DNA of 62,686 nt, filler included, from Globobulimina sp. (GCA_003354225.1; 40 parts of 40 records of this genome joined end to end with filler, not necessarily neighbours in it); one strand, 5' to 3'; positions 1 through 12,675 are shown, counted from the whole stretch's first letter. Translations and numbers: made by a program. The notes: generated by a model not told the origin, from the letters alone.

Positions 1-1
1 A

Positions 2-1471
2 TATAAAGAATTATATCCATTGCAAATATACGAGCAAAAGAACGATGATTCAAATTATGAGAAAGTGGTTACAATATCAAAAAGTGAGACGAGTAAGAAA
101 CAGGAAATAAAAGTAAATGACAGAATGACTTTTATCGTGCCTGCAGGTGAAACGATGCATGATTTCAAAGTGAAAATATATTCCGAGGAGAAGGAGTGGA
201 AAAATGATATTAGATTTGAGATTTTAAGCGATGAGGAATATGTTAAAAAAAAAGACAAAGAACCTTTTGTAATTCGTTGGAAACTAAGCGATGATTATCA
301 ATATGAAGAAAATGACTCAAATAAAAACCAGAAATTGTTTAAATTGTATTTTTGTATTAAAGCGTTAAATATATGGTGTACGGGGAATGATAAACAGATT
401 AAAATATTAAATAATGGCCATCCCATTGGCGCGCAGCATGACTATCACATTGAAGCAGAGATATTTGGTGCGTATGACATTCATATTCGAGAACAAACTA
501 ATTTTTATGACCAATATATTGACAAATTCTGTTTTAATTCTAAATTCAATCGTGATTTTACAATATTACCACCCGATGAATTGCGTAGATTTCAGCGAGG
601 GAAAAGGCCGTATTATTTACCAAAAGGATGGAAGATATACGCTGTGAATATAGAAAGAAACAATGCCAGCGATTTAATAAAAACAGGCTGCGCTGCATTT
701 CATTGTACGTCATTAGCTCTGTTACCATCGATATTGCGGGATGGATTGGTTAAGCCTGGCACCGTGTTATCAGTCAATGGGAAGTTATTAACCATTCCAG
801 ACGGCCATATAACAAAAAAGAAACTGCCTGGTATAGATGACGACAATTTTCCTGACAATGTATTTGTATCTCCATCTATTAATTATTGCAGTTATGATGC
901 TTATTGTGCACCGTTCGAATTGTCAGATAGCAGTAAATATGGATGTAAGTATGTTCATCTCGCATTGAAAGTGTTTGTTAAAGCAGCAGCAATTACAGAC
1001 AAACAAGTAAATTTTGAAACTATTGGTTGGGATGACGAAAAGCATCGTATTGATCCAAATTATAAAAACTCAGAACTTGAGTGGAGAATCCGTGAGCCAA
1101 AAGATATGATAATTACAGGATTGTGTATTCACGAAGATGATGTAACAAATGAATCTGTTTGGAGCACTAAAGAACAAATGAGAGGCAATGGAAATACATT
1201 GCATATTGTAAGGGATGTTTTTGAATTAAAAAATGTATTTAAATTGACGGTGAAGAATGGAAATGATGATCAAACAAAAGTTATTCAAGTGTTACCAACA
1301 ACAAATATAAAGGATGCTGCGGATTATTATTGTGCTAAAATTGGGAAAAGTAGTTTAGTAATGTATTATGGAGCAACGGTGTTAGAAAACGCAAAACAGT
1401 TTGTAGATTATAATATTATTTCAGATGTAACGGTTGAAGTCATTACAGATAAAACAATTTATTCAATACGA
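2..1471 (+). CDS. NEURL4-like ADP-ribosyltransferase-domain protein with C-terminal ubiquitin-like domain (partial)
   Basis: Frame open across the contig; RGKRPYYLPKGW, AFHCT (H, 701), FVSPSINY (Y), ETIG...IDPNYKNSELEW (E, 1079); Ubl-like FKLTVKNG...LVMYYGATVLENAKQFVDYNIISDVTVEV at about 1238-1445. Confidence 0.7.
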
Positions 1472-1571
1472 NNNNNNNNNNNNNNNNNNNNNNNNNNNNN
1501 NNNNNNNNNNNNNNNTTAATTAATTAANNNNNNNNNNNNNNNNNNNNNNNNNNNNNNNNNNNNNNNNNNNN
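1472..1571. other. Artificial contig-joining linker (first of 39, repeating about every 1570 bp; last at 61119-61218)
   Basis: 44 N + TTAATTAATTAA (stop codons in all six frames) + 44 N; flanking contigs decrease from 1471 to 1468 bp. Confidence 0.98.
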
Positions 1572-1574
1572 CCA

Positions 1575-2792
1575 TTGGGCATCATCAATATAATTGGCTA
1601 TATTTTGATATTTATCAATGTCATACATATTTTGTGCATATTTATTGTTTGGCGAATAACCTGGTTTTTACACTTTAAAATCTACGATTTTAAGAAACGA
1701 ATTTTTCTCTATTTAGCACGGCGAAGAAAAAAAGAAATACAATTTATTGAATCATTATTCGTTGGGAATAAGGCGAAAATAAATAAGGAATCACAACATC
1801 GAATATTTTACCGCATCAATCCGCAGTCATATCTCTGTTATAAGCGAAATGGCGAACTCTTCATCTCTTTGTTAAAATGGTTGAATGTGTTCGAGTATGA
1901 AGAAAATTTGGATTTCTTTGTCTCTTCAAAACAAAGTTGGTATATTATAACCTTTGCATTGCATAAATATTTTGGTTTGTTAATATTTGAAGTTATCTTA
2001 TTATTTGGTGTCAATATCATCACTTTACTGAGTGTATTGTTGTACTTCTTGAGTTATTGGGCGCATACTATTAAATTATACACCGCCGACCATCACAATA
2101 TCTCATCGCGAAGCAATCAGGAAACAAACCTGTGTACAGGCAATGCATTGATAAAGATAATAAAAACGTTATTATGGCCAGGCATTTTAATGTATATTAC
2201 CTTATCGTATTGCATTTATATTGTAATGTTCCATACTCCTTTTTTCCCGGTGATTTGGTTGGGTGTGGCGCCGATTTGGCTGATTCTATATTCTGTGTTA
2301 ACCCGCGGCTATCGACGAATACATATCTTTAATGGCTTAGCTTTGTTTTTTTTATATTTTGTGTCCATAAATTGGTTTGTATTTAGGAATTTATTATTCA
2401 TTAAAGGTTACGGATATATTTTTCGCTATTTAGCTGGCGTTTCGTTGATATTGTTTTTATTCTGTTTCCATATCTCGTTGCAATTAGAAACGCATCGCGC
2501 AATGTGGTTTCCTCGATTATCGCGCCAATATAAAATGGAGGAGCAACACAAATTTGGTTTACATATGGAAGGTGCTAAACTGTATACATTTGCTCAATAC
2601 GCGGCTACATATTTCAAAAAAAAAATAAATTTCCGCAAACATTTTAGGAGTAAAGGATTTGGTGACGATTATTATGAAAAGAGCGGATTTGAACTTACCT
2701 GGTATGATAAATGGTTTATGAAGCTACCAATACAAGTGATGTATCCGGCGAAACCAAACTATCCATTTGTCACACAATCTGCTACTTTTTAA
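1575..2792 (+). CDS. Multi-pass membrane protein, unknown family (probably 5' partial)
   Basis: 405-aa ORF with several hydrophobic segments. Confidence 0.6.
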   Translation: MGIINIIGYILIFINVIHILCIFIVWRITWFLHFKIYDFKKRIFLYLARRRKKEIQFIESLFVGNKAKINKESQHRIFYRINPQSYLCYKRNGELFISLLKWLNVFEYEENLDFFVSSKQSWYIITFALHKYFGLLIFEVILLFGVNIITLLSVLLYFLSYWAHTIKLYTADHHNISSRSNQETNLCTGNALIKIIKTLLWPGILMYITLSYCIYIVMFHTPFFPVIWLGVAPIWLILYSVLTRGYRRIHIFNGLALFFLYFVSINWFVFRNLLFIKGYGYIFRYLAGVSLILFLFCFHISLQLETHRAMWFPRLSRQYKMEEQHKFGLHMEGAKLYTFAQYAATYFKKKINFRKHFRSKGFGDDYYEKSGFELTWYDKWFMKLPIQVMYPAKPNYPFVTQSATF

Positions 2793-3142
2793 TCAAAAAA
2801 CAAAATATTATCATTGTTTGAGTGTGTATGTTTTACTTATATATTATAATTATTTTCATTGTACCTTGTCATGGTTTTGCTGTGTTTGCTCTAATTGACT
2901 AGTGCCAACTAACTTTTTATTAGCTACTAATACTTAACAACTTAAAAAGCACTTAGTCAATTGCCTGCTGGGAGCGTGGAATAATTAAAAGTCCTCATCC
3001 CACTCCTCACCTGACAAGATTATAAAATTTATAATTCATTTGNNNNNNNNNNNNNNNNNNNNNNNNNNNNNNNNNNNNNNNNNNNNTTAATTAATTAANN
3101 NNNNNNNNNNNNNNNNNNNNNNNNNNNNNNNNNNNNNNNNNN

Positions 3143-4456
3143 CATAAACTCCTTTTTAACCATCATAATAACACACGTTTTCGACAACGTTAATAAAGTT
3201 TGACACAATACAAATATCACAACGATAAACACCATATAAAACAGATTATATTTACCAATTGGATACGGACTTTGTGTGGCAACGTAAAATATATAAACTA
3301 CACATAAACACCATCCAATGCAGCATATAATTATTGATCTCTCAGTAATTAAAATAGTTGGAAAATACACAGTAATTATAGCCATAAATGGCCGCAATAC
3401 ATTGCTTATCGTAATTGCATAGACATACGTCGTTCCATTGTATGGTATCAATGCATATGACGATATTGATGGTATTACACCGTTCTGGATGGCTGATATT
3501 AATCCAACTAAACTTACCCATTTCAGGGAGTCATATTTTGTGATTCCGTATCTTCGCAACGTTTTTGTTGATGGGGTCAGAGCCATATTATAACAATTAC
3601 AACAATGGCAACCATTGCAATGATTGTCTCGCAGTCTCTCATTATTTTCATTAGATTTTTTAGGGTATATAAATTTTGCCTTTTTTGCGTTGGAATTTGA
3701 CAATTTTGACTGAATTAATTCCTGTTTTGATTGACTGCTCGGTGACGGTGATGGTGGCGGTGAATGATTATCGATCCAATCTTTTTGTGTTTCAAAATAT
3801 CCATTTTGTAACAATTTATTTAAACTAATAAATGCAATCAATGATAATGGTAATAATGAGGCAATAATTAACAAATATACTTTGACACTGAAGCGGGGTT
3901 TATCGGTGTTTATATTTGTATTTATTTGTTGTAACCAAATCAAAATAGCAGCAATAATGCCGGATGTCGGTTCTCCCGCAGATAAGAATGCAATATATTG
4001 CGAGGGATATGAGGCGACCCAGACCCAATATATTAATGATGTCATGCAATCGCAGGTGGATGAAAAAAATGTGGCAATGAATAACATTACGGAATGTTTG
4101 GTTGAGAATATTTTTATGGTTTCGTCATAATGATATGCCATAAATACCATTGACACAAATGAGAATGTAATAATAATACATCCCACACCTTCAATAAATC
4201 TCGGCGTTTTATATGATTTCGGAATGCAAAGTGAATATATCAAAGGAACAACATTTGCAAATTGAATTATTACTACTAAAAAAGAGAAAATTTCATATTT
4301 TTCTGGCAAAGAACTAATCATTAATGACAATTCACTGAATAAGGCAGTAATAGTTAGCCAACTCGACAAACCAACGAACCAAAATAAACAGCCAAATAAT
4401 AATGTTGTTGCGTTCAACGACAACATTGTAATTGTTACGGAAACATATTTTAACAC
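3143..4456 (-). CDS. SLC52/RFVT riboflavin transporter family protein (3' partial)
   Basis: GLSSWLTITALFSELSLMISSLPE...ANVVPLIY, DCMTSLIYW, GEPTSG and NGVIPSISSYALIPY match the SLC52 pattern. Confidence 0.8.
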
Positions 4457-4772
4457 CTTTGACTAGCTCACTTCAAGAAAAAAACAAACAAGCCATTTAT
4501 AATATTTATCAGGGGTCCCACCAGACTCACCTCATAGACGACAGTGAAATGATAGATTTTTACGATAAAGCAAAAATGCCTACTGTATAATAAATAAGTT
4601 TTTTAAAAATCGCNNNNNNNNNNNNNNNNNNNNNNNNNNNNNNNNNNNNNNNNNNNNTTAATTAATTAANNNNNNNNNNNNNNNNNNNNNNNNNNNNNNN
4701 NNNNNNNNNNNNNATAAATGTTAAACGAAAGACGCATAAAATCAAAGGCAAACAAATAAAATTTAAACATAT

Positions 4773-6118
4773 TTAAAAATCAAAAACAGAAGCAACATTT
4801 TTCCTGATTTCCATCCATTTTTGAAACCTATTTCTTGGGCCCATTTTAGTGATCAATTCCTTCAAATCATCACCACCGATTCCATCCAAATCTGTATCTT
4901 TAACCTCTTCCTTTATAAAATTATCCATAAAAATCATCCAATCATTACCACAATTCTCCATTAATGCTTTTCTAATCTCTTCATATTCATCAACAATACC
5001 GACGTCATTATTATTAATTGTAACCCATTCATACGTGTTGTATTTTGTTATCAACGATGCCATCACTTGATTAACTTCAGCAAAATGTTCTAATTGTTTT
5101 CCAATATTATCCATAACCTCTTTATCAGCGACACCATCGCTGGTTTTATAATATTGCAATGTTACACGTATTGCATATTCCTCATCTCTTTCCAATATAT
5201 AATATTCATCATCCAATATCCCATTTAATTCATCAAATTCCAACTGTTTATCACCACAAACAACACACAAATTATATCCATTCAAATGTTTACCATTATT
5301 TGTCTCAACGCAGTGATAAATTATTTGCTGTTTACCATTAATTATCACATTGCAACCATTACATTGTACGCTCTCTTTCCCATTGTACGCATACTGAATT
5401 TGATATTTTTTTAACTCGTTCTCGCAAATACAAATCGGTGCGTGTTTCGCGATCGTTTTCCACGAATCTGTTTTTTTGTTAACATACGTTTCTGTGGCTG
5501 CCGCAGGCTCTTTTTCTTCGAACTCAAAATTAATTATTTTCGCAGTTTCCTGTTGTTTCAATGGAACTTGGATTATATAAATAACGTCTTCTTGTTTTGA
5601 TGTAAAGTTTGCTTTTTTGCCATAATTATTAAATAACAAATCTTGCCGTTTGTGCTCAATAATTTGTGCAGATGTTCCTTGCGATGTGGCTACGATTACT
5701 AAAACTTTAGGACTTCTTAGTTGTGAGTGAGCATTGAATACAGCAACATTAAATTCTGTGTCTTGGCCAGATTCCATTGGTAAGAAACATGTTTGTGCCG
5801 ACATAATAACATCAGAATCATTGCTCTCTTTTATTGATGTTAAGTCAATGTGTGTTTTTGCAATAGTTTCATAATAATTATTGCTCATAAAATCGCTGAA
5901 ATGTGTTAAATAATCAGCTAATGAGATTGTTTGTAATTCGTCATTTTTATTAGAAATGTGATTCCCAACAACGATCGGAATTTTATTCATTTTAATATCA
6001 CATGTGATGTCGGAATAATTTGCTTTTCTGATAACTGGCATACACATATCATCGACACACAATGTGATATCACAAACGCATGGACCCCAGCAACTGTTGT
6101 CTTTATTGTGCGCGGAGT
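4773..6118 (-). CDS. Conserved uncharacterised-domain protein with Cys/His Zn-finger-like module and C-terminal SAM-like domain (last exon)
   Basis: Frame extends upstream of the ORF call as DSAHNKDNSCWGPCVCDITL to an AG acceptor near 6119; CICE...CNGC...YHC...H..GYNLCVVC; SAM-like FMDNFIKEEVKDTDL...LKELITKMGPRNRF. Confidence 0.6.
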
Positions 6119-6284
6119 CTATTTAATTTATTTAGTATATTATTTTTATGGATGATTTTATGAAACCGGAGATGAATACGTAGTNNNNNNNNNNNNNNNN
6201 NNNNNNNNNNNNNNNNNNNNNNNNNNNNTTAATTAATTAANNNNNNNNNNNNNNNNNNNNNNNNNNNNNNNNNNNNNNNNNNNN

Positions 6285-6860
6285 ACAAGTAATAAAAGTA
6301 ATATTCCATCATTGTTCAGAGGAGATGCAATTTATTCTGTTGGTGATATTAATCAAACTGTGGATGATACAAATTATTGTGCAGGTAATCAGACTGTGGA
6401 TGATGACAGCGACTCAAAAGAGGAAAGTAAAGAAGATACAAAAATAATAAAGAATGAGTATACTAAAATTGAGATGACTGCAGTACCAAAAGCAGCTATA
6501 GTTAGAGGAGAAAAGCAAGCAATATGTAACAATGACAAGTATAGTGATCATGATGTAATGGATGCGGATTCAAATTGGGTGACAATTTATGGAACAAAAA
6601 AAGGGCGAGCAATGTTAGATTTGGGGACACTCACTGATTATATTTGTGATGCATTTGAAAATAATGCGAAAAGAGCAATTAAAAAAGATTTTAAAACATT
6701 AATCACAGAAATTGGAAATAATTTGGAACGAGTAACAAATCATTCGGAGTTAATGACCTCTAAAGGAATGGCAAATCTTCGTTATAATAAGATTAGATTT
6801 GAAATCAATAAAAATAAAGAAGTTACAATCGAAGAGGAACGGCTTTTGAACCAAAAATGA
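6285..6860 (+). CDS. Possible caspase-like (C14) protein C-terminal fragment
   Basis: IKVIFHHC|RGD read across a 1-nt frameshift near 6315 resembles K-x-F-x-x-x-C-R-G; followed by an acidic linker and DADSNWVTIYG...GTLTDYICDAF. Confidence 0.35.
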   Translation, partial: TSNKSNIPSLFRGDAIYSVGDINQTVDDTNYCAGNQTVDDDSDSKEESKEDTKIIKNEYTKIEMTAVPKAAIVRGEKQAICNNDKYSDHDVMDADSNWVTIYGTKKGRAMLDLGTLTDYICDAFENNAKRAIKKDFKTLITEIGNNLERVTNHSELMTSKGMANLRYNKIRFEINKNKEVTIEEERLLNQK

Positions 6861-7050
6861 CTAAACATGATAATTGCCAAAAATGACTGTATTTTATTTA
6901 TTGCTATATTCAGATAGATATTAAACCCTTCATTGAGTTATTGTCATTACATTCCAGTTTTGTACTAAATCATGATGCGGTTTTAAAATCTTTTCAAACT
7001 GCAAGCACTAGAAAACCAAAAAACTGTATCAACTCTGTCCCAGTACCGGT

Positions 7051-7755
7051 ATGGTATTGTATTGTCAACAGAAAGGGGAATTCCATTGGGTACATATTAT
7101 CTCATTAACTATTTCTATCATATTACTGGCGATCTCTTTATTGGTTGGATTTATAACGCTTAAAGGATTAAAGAAACTGCCTAAACTAAATGCGACTCTT
7201 AAATATTTATTTTATCTTAGTTTTATTGCATGTACAACAGCAATTTTATCTTATATCGTTTCTGTAATAATATGTGCATCATCCAACAATTTCCCACCAG
7301 GCTTATTCAAAGTGTTTCATTTCTTTTGCTATGGGGTTTTATCAGTTGCGTTATTATTAACTTTATGGGGAAGACTACACTTTACATTCAGAGACAGCAC
7401 ATATAAAATATCTATTGTACATACTTGCATTTTGTTTTTATTTATGACGTTTTTATCGGTTGGTTTAGTTTATTTGCTCGTTATGTTAACAGATTGGTCA
7501 ATAACATCCAACAGTAATCACGATATTTTCGCAGAAGCACCTATAGAATTTGTATATATTGCACTCATATCGGGATGTATTCAAATTGTGAGCACCATCT
7601 ATGTTATAACACTATTTATAGGCAAACTGATGAAATTGGTGAATCTCCGAGCATCCTCAATGAAAAATGTGATGGATCCGAAAGCCATAAAATTAAATAA
7701 ATCACAAACAAAATTAATCAATCAAATATCACGCTATATCTCATTATTATCACTA
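7051..7755 (+). CDS. 7TM/GPCR-like membrane protein (3' partial)
   Basis: At least five hydrophobic helices with GPCR-like spacing (GRLHFTF after TM3). Confidence 0.5.
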
Positions 7756-7967
7756 NNNNNNNNNNNNNNNNNNNNNNNNNNNNNNNNNNNNNNNNNNNNT
7801 TAATTAATTAANNNNNNNNNNNNNNNNNNNNNNNNNNNNNNNNNNNNNNNNNNNNGAGCCTGGTTCTAGGGTTGAACTAAGGGTTTTTAAGTAAAGTTTT
7901 AAAGTAAGGAGTACCTAATAAGTTAGATACAATAAATCAAGAGGATTTAGGATAAAAGGTCAGTTCC

Positions 7968-9029
7968 TTACACACTACGACTTTTTTTTATGATTATACG
8001 TCTTTTTGTTATGTCTCTTGGAAACACATCATAATATAAAAACTGTATATTAACGTCACTTTGTTCCATATAATGTGATACCATTTTAACAACTCTTTTA
8101 TTAATATATTGCAAGAAATGAAAAGCATATTCGCATAAATATTGGTAAACCAAATTAATTATAACTGGCGGATACAATAATCCATAAATTCTGCCCCAAT
8201 AACAAACAAAATACATTCCAGCCAGTTCTTTATATATTCCATCAAATGAGGCTCCGGCAAAAGATTCTGGCAAAGAAAACACATTTTGTCTCATAACGCT
8301 TAACATAAATGTTGCGGATTTATATTCAATGTCTCCCAATTCATGCAACATCAACAATGTTTGGTCAAATTCCCTTTTTAATAAAATAAAACCGCTTATG
8401 GAGTCTAATACATTTTTACCAAAACTTATTTTAAGAATAGAATAATTATTTACAATCAATAATCTTTCCATAGTTCCAGGCGCAACGTGATTAGTAACAA
8501 TATTATATGCTTTGCAATAATTCTTCATCATTGACATATAAATATTATGATCAGTATAATTATTCATTTCATACATATAAAAATAACAATCACCCAATAA
8601 TTTATAACGCGAAGAATCAGTCAAATGTAATGCTTCAATAAAAGCTTTGTTATCAGTTATTTTTTTAGAAATAATGCTATGACTTAAGGTGAGGGATATA
8701 ATTTGTTTGCAAATATATGAGATATATTTTGAATAAAACATTTTAAAATCATCAACATCCCAACATTTATGATATTTATCGGTGAATTTATCGAATGATG
8801 GCCATAGAAATTCAAATAACAAATGTGATATCCAGCTAGTTTCCTTACCATAGTTATATATTATACTTTCGATATCCTCTTTATATCTGTCTTTAATTTG
8901 AAATAATTTTTTCATAAAAAATAGACCATCGTAGAATCTGTTGGAACTTTGTGATAAATATATCAGTTGGATTAAACCATTAGAATCCAATCCATCTGTT
9001 AATTTTTCAAGCGCGGCTGAGGCCTGCAT
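7968..9029 (-). CDS. Highly divergent 14-3-3-like protein
   Basis: YKLLGDCYFYMYE, YCKAYNIV..HVAPGTMERLLIVNNYS and FDQTLLMLHELGDIEYKSATFMLSVMRQNV align with 14-3-3 helices 5-9. Confidence 0.7.
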   Translation of the reverse strand: MQASAALEKLTDGLDSNGLIQLIYLSQSSNRFYDGLFFMKKLFQIKDRYKEDIESIIYNYGKETSWISHLLFEFLWPSFDKFTDKYHKCWDVDDFKMFYSKYISYICKQIISLTLSHSIISKKITDNKAFIEALHLTDSSRYKLLGDCYFYMYEMNNYTDHNIYMSMMKNYCKAYNIVTNHVAPGTMERLLIVNNYSILKISFGKNVLDSISGFILLKREFDQTLLMLHELGDIEYKSATFMLSVMRQNVFSLPESFAGASFDGIYKELAGMYFVCYWGRIYGLLYPPVIINLVYQYLCEYAFHFLQYINKRVVKMVSHYMEQSDVNIQFLYYDVFPRDITKRRIIIKKSRSV

Positions 9030-9146
9030 TCACAGTAAAGCAAAAACTTGATCTGAGGCTAAAAGTAGGATAAAAATAACTTTGTTACTAAAAGCTCTAT
9101 TTCACACATCTCCTTCTCCTCTTCGTTCGTTCGTTGTTAATAATAA

Positions 9147-9325
<179 letters not shown>

Positions 9326-9425
9326 NNNNNNNNNNNNNNNNNNNNNNNNNNNNNNNNNNNNNNNNNNNNTTAATTAATTAANNNNNNNNNNNNNNNNNNN
9401 NNNNNNNNNNNNNNNNNNNNNNNNN

Positions 9426-9864
9426 ATTTACATTTTTGTTAACTTCATGCATATTGCACTCAGCCATTGGACAGCAACCAAATGATTTTTATGGGATGAA
9501 TGTTGGATTTGTTTTGTTTGTGGCTACGCAATTAATTGGTAATATTTCCGGAGCGTGTTTGAATCCGAGTGTTTGGTTTGGGACTATTGTGAGTGCAGCA
9601 ATGTGTGTTGATGGTGATGAGGAAACATTGAAATGGGCGCAGCTATGGATATATTTAGGTGCACCATTTTTAGGTGCTATAACTGCAGCGCTTTTGTATA
9701 GATTTGTATATTTTGAGAGGGATGGTGGTGTTGCAGAATTGTCGCATTCTATAAATGAGCCTAATTTCAATTTGGCTATTAATGAGAGTGGCAATCAGGG
9801 CGGATATAAAGATAGATATAAAATGTGGGCTACTAAATCACCACCAAGTTCTCATCAGTTGTAA
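9426..9864 (+). CDS. Aquaporin/MIP channel (C-terminal half)
   Basis: ISGACLNPSVWFG (loop E NPA variant) and LWIYLGAPFLGAITAALLY. Confidence 0.88.
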
Positions 9865-11101
9865 TTATATAATTAATTAGATTTATAGTACTACGAAGTA
9901 AATAATAATTTTTTGGAATATTCAAATATATCTGCATCCATTATGAAGCTGACATGCTTTCCTGTCCTAAAGATGAAATCTATGTTAAAAATAATCAACA
10001 AAAAAACCCTCTACCAACCCAACTTTTCACATTTCCCTTTTACAACACCAAATTCCTCTGTCCCCACTAACAAAATAAATACTATATATATTGCTGTATT
10101 TCATCGTGTTGCAGCAGACCAATTCAAACATTATACAAAAAAAAACACAAAAGTGAACTTCCACATTTGTCATTCACAAATTCAGTGACATATCTAATTA
10201 CAGTTAATCCATATTACTCACGCAAATTAATTGTAGATAACATATTGGTTTTATAAAATCAAACGGCACTCGCAAATTTTAAAGATGATGATGCCATCAT
10301 AAATGAGACAACCTCCGTGGCGTAGCTATAGTAATACTTCTTTTTTTTTTAAGAAATATTAGCTGCGCCGGCTCCACTTCCTGTTGGTAAAAATGCTGCC
10401 CATGCTATACGATGCTTTGCTTTGTTGTTAAAATGGGATATGTTCAATAACTAATATATAAATAATATATTTGTATATTTATTGATCATTATTTTTTATT
10501 TGCAAATCCTTCATTTTTAACTTTATCTTTATTATACAATATGTTTTTGAGTGTTTAATTTTTACATTATAGATTAAACAAATTAATTTGTATTTTTATT
10601 TAATATATTTATTTATTTGTAGTATTTTTTTATTTTGTGTTTGAATGTTGTCCTGATATGAAATATTGAATTAAAATATATAATTTTGTTTATAATCTTT
10701 GTTGTGATTTGCTTTTAAATATCCGTTAATAATAGATTTGTAACTGCGATGGTATGAGTTCACAGTAATCCGTGAATGCTTATCCTTGCACAATAGGAAC
10801 GCTAAAAACATTTATCTGCATAATTTAATATATGCTTGTTGCACTGACGTCTATGACATTATCCTCGCACTGCTGGTAAATCTAAATAATTCTTGNNNNN
10901 NNNNNNNNNNNNNNNNNNNNNNNNNNNNNNNNNNNNNNNTTAATTAATTAANNNNNNNNNNNNNNNNNNNNNNNNNNNNNNNNNNNNNNNNNNNNTGGTA
11001 TTAAAGAACACAAAACAGATATCAAAAGTCAAAATCCAGCAATATGAAATTAACAGACGAAACACAAAAATTTCAATCTCACGTCGCTCCAATACCGTCT
11101 C

Positions 11102-12019
11102 TCAACGCAATGTGAAGCCAATATGGCATGGAATAAAAGATTCGGCCGAGCTCCAAATAATCGCTGTTAAAATCCCTGGCAAACTAATATTAATATGATG
11201 GATCAACAAAAACCAGAATGGAGCTTGCCAGCTTTTGTCCGATATTTGAATAAATCGTAGCAGCATCGGAGGAATCCATATTAACACATAAATTAAGACA
11301 AATAAGAAACATTTGCGTAATACATACATTGATAAAGATTTCTGCTTTATATATTTGATGATTTTAAATGATTTGTACAGACAATAAATGTCAACAATCA
11401 TCATCATTAACATTGGAATATACAATGATAGGAAGAATTCGTTCGCTTCGTCTTTAATCCAACATTGTGCCGCATGGTAATGATGATGGCCACTATGAAC
11501 AGCCCCACTTTGTAGAATGGAGGAGACGCCATAGGCATTGCCGGCAATTGGTATCAGGCCAATCGTTAAACCAATGATCCATATCAAGAGATGGTGATAT
11601 TGCAGATTTGTATTCAAATATAATATGGTCCATTTATAATGCAATATTTTATTTAATGTTAGCGATATTAAACAAAACCACATTGCTTCGCAGATTGATG
11701 CACTTTGCACAATAAATCCAATAGTTTTGCATAAAGCGGTTGGGTACATATTATTGTATGAGTCGCTGATTGTAAATGGTAAGAAATTTGCTATTAATAA
11801 TCCATAATTAAATATGCCACAAATGGAGACATAAAATATATGAGTGTGCAGGATGATGTTTGATTGTTTTACTTTTGGCGTCGGTTTGTTGCGTCTGTAT
11901 TGAATGAGGCGCATTAATAAAATGCTCAGAAAAACGTAGATTACGCCAACCAATGATAGGCTCGCTATGACTGTAGTCACCAGGCAGGATATTCTATCTT
12001 CAGTCCAGTTAGACGACAT
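11102..12019 (-). CDS. GPCR, cAMP-receptor-like (cAR/Git3-type), intronless
   Basis: Seven hydrophobic segments; LCKTIGF, QCWIK and FVLIYVLIWIP motifs. Confidence 0.78.
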   Translation of the reverse strand: MSSNWTEDRISCLVTTVIASLSLVGVIYVFLSILLMRLIQYRRNKPTPKVKQSNIILHTHIFYVSICGIFNYGLLIANFLPFTISDSYNNMYPTALCKTIGFIVQSASICEAMWFCLISLTLNKILHYKWTILYLNTNLQYHHLLIWIIGLTIGLIPIAGNAYGVSSILQSGAVHSGHHHYHAAQCWIKDEANEFFLSLYIPMLMMMIVDIYCLYKSFKIIKYIKQKSLSMYVLRKCFLFVLIYVLIWIPPMLLRFIQISDKSWQAPFWFLLIHHINISLPGILTAIIWSSAESFIPCHIGFTLR

Positions 12020-12675
12020 TTCGTTTACTGGTACAAACCAAAATTAAAAATAAACAACCAAGCACAAAACATGCAAAAACAATTAAAAAAAAATATCATT
12101 GCTTAATTGTCAAATAATCAGAACCATACTTACTATCAGCTTTTGATAAATTTATATTCCATTTTTTATCATTAAATCTTTGTTTTACTGACTCATTCAA
12201 AATATCACTTAACCACGTTTTACTTTCAACTCTCCATGCTTTAATAATATATTTTATGGATGGTTTGTATGATTCAATCGATGATAAAAATGATAATAAA
12301 TTAAATCTATATTCTATTTTTCCATCTGTTGTATAAATAACAATTTTATTGAGATTTGTAAATATGGGAAATATTTTCGGATTTATTACATTATTCTCTC
12401 TATAAATAAGTAAATAACTTAATTCCTTAAAATGTGTTAATATGTCATAAATATTAATGACTATTNNNNNNNNNNNNNNNNNNNNNNNNNNNNNNNNNNN
12501 NNNNNNNNNTTAATTAATTAANNNNNNNNNNNNNNNNNNNNNNNNNNNNNNNNNNNNNNNNNNNNTTTAACATTTTATTTGAATCCATATGTGATTTTTA
12601 GTCAACATTTATTATGATTTCTGATATAATATACCCCTCATAATCTATATACAGATACATTCGAACAAGGAAACG

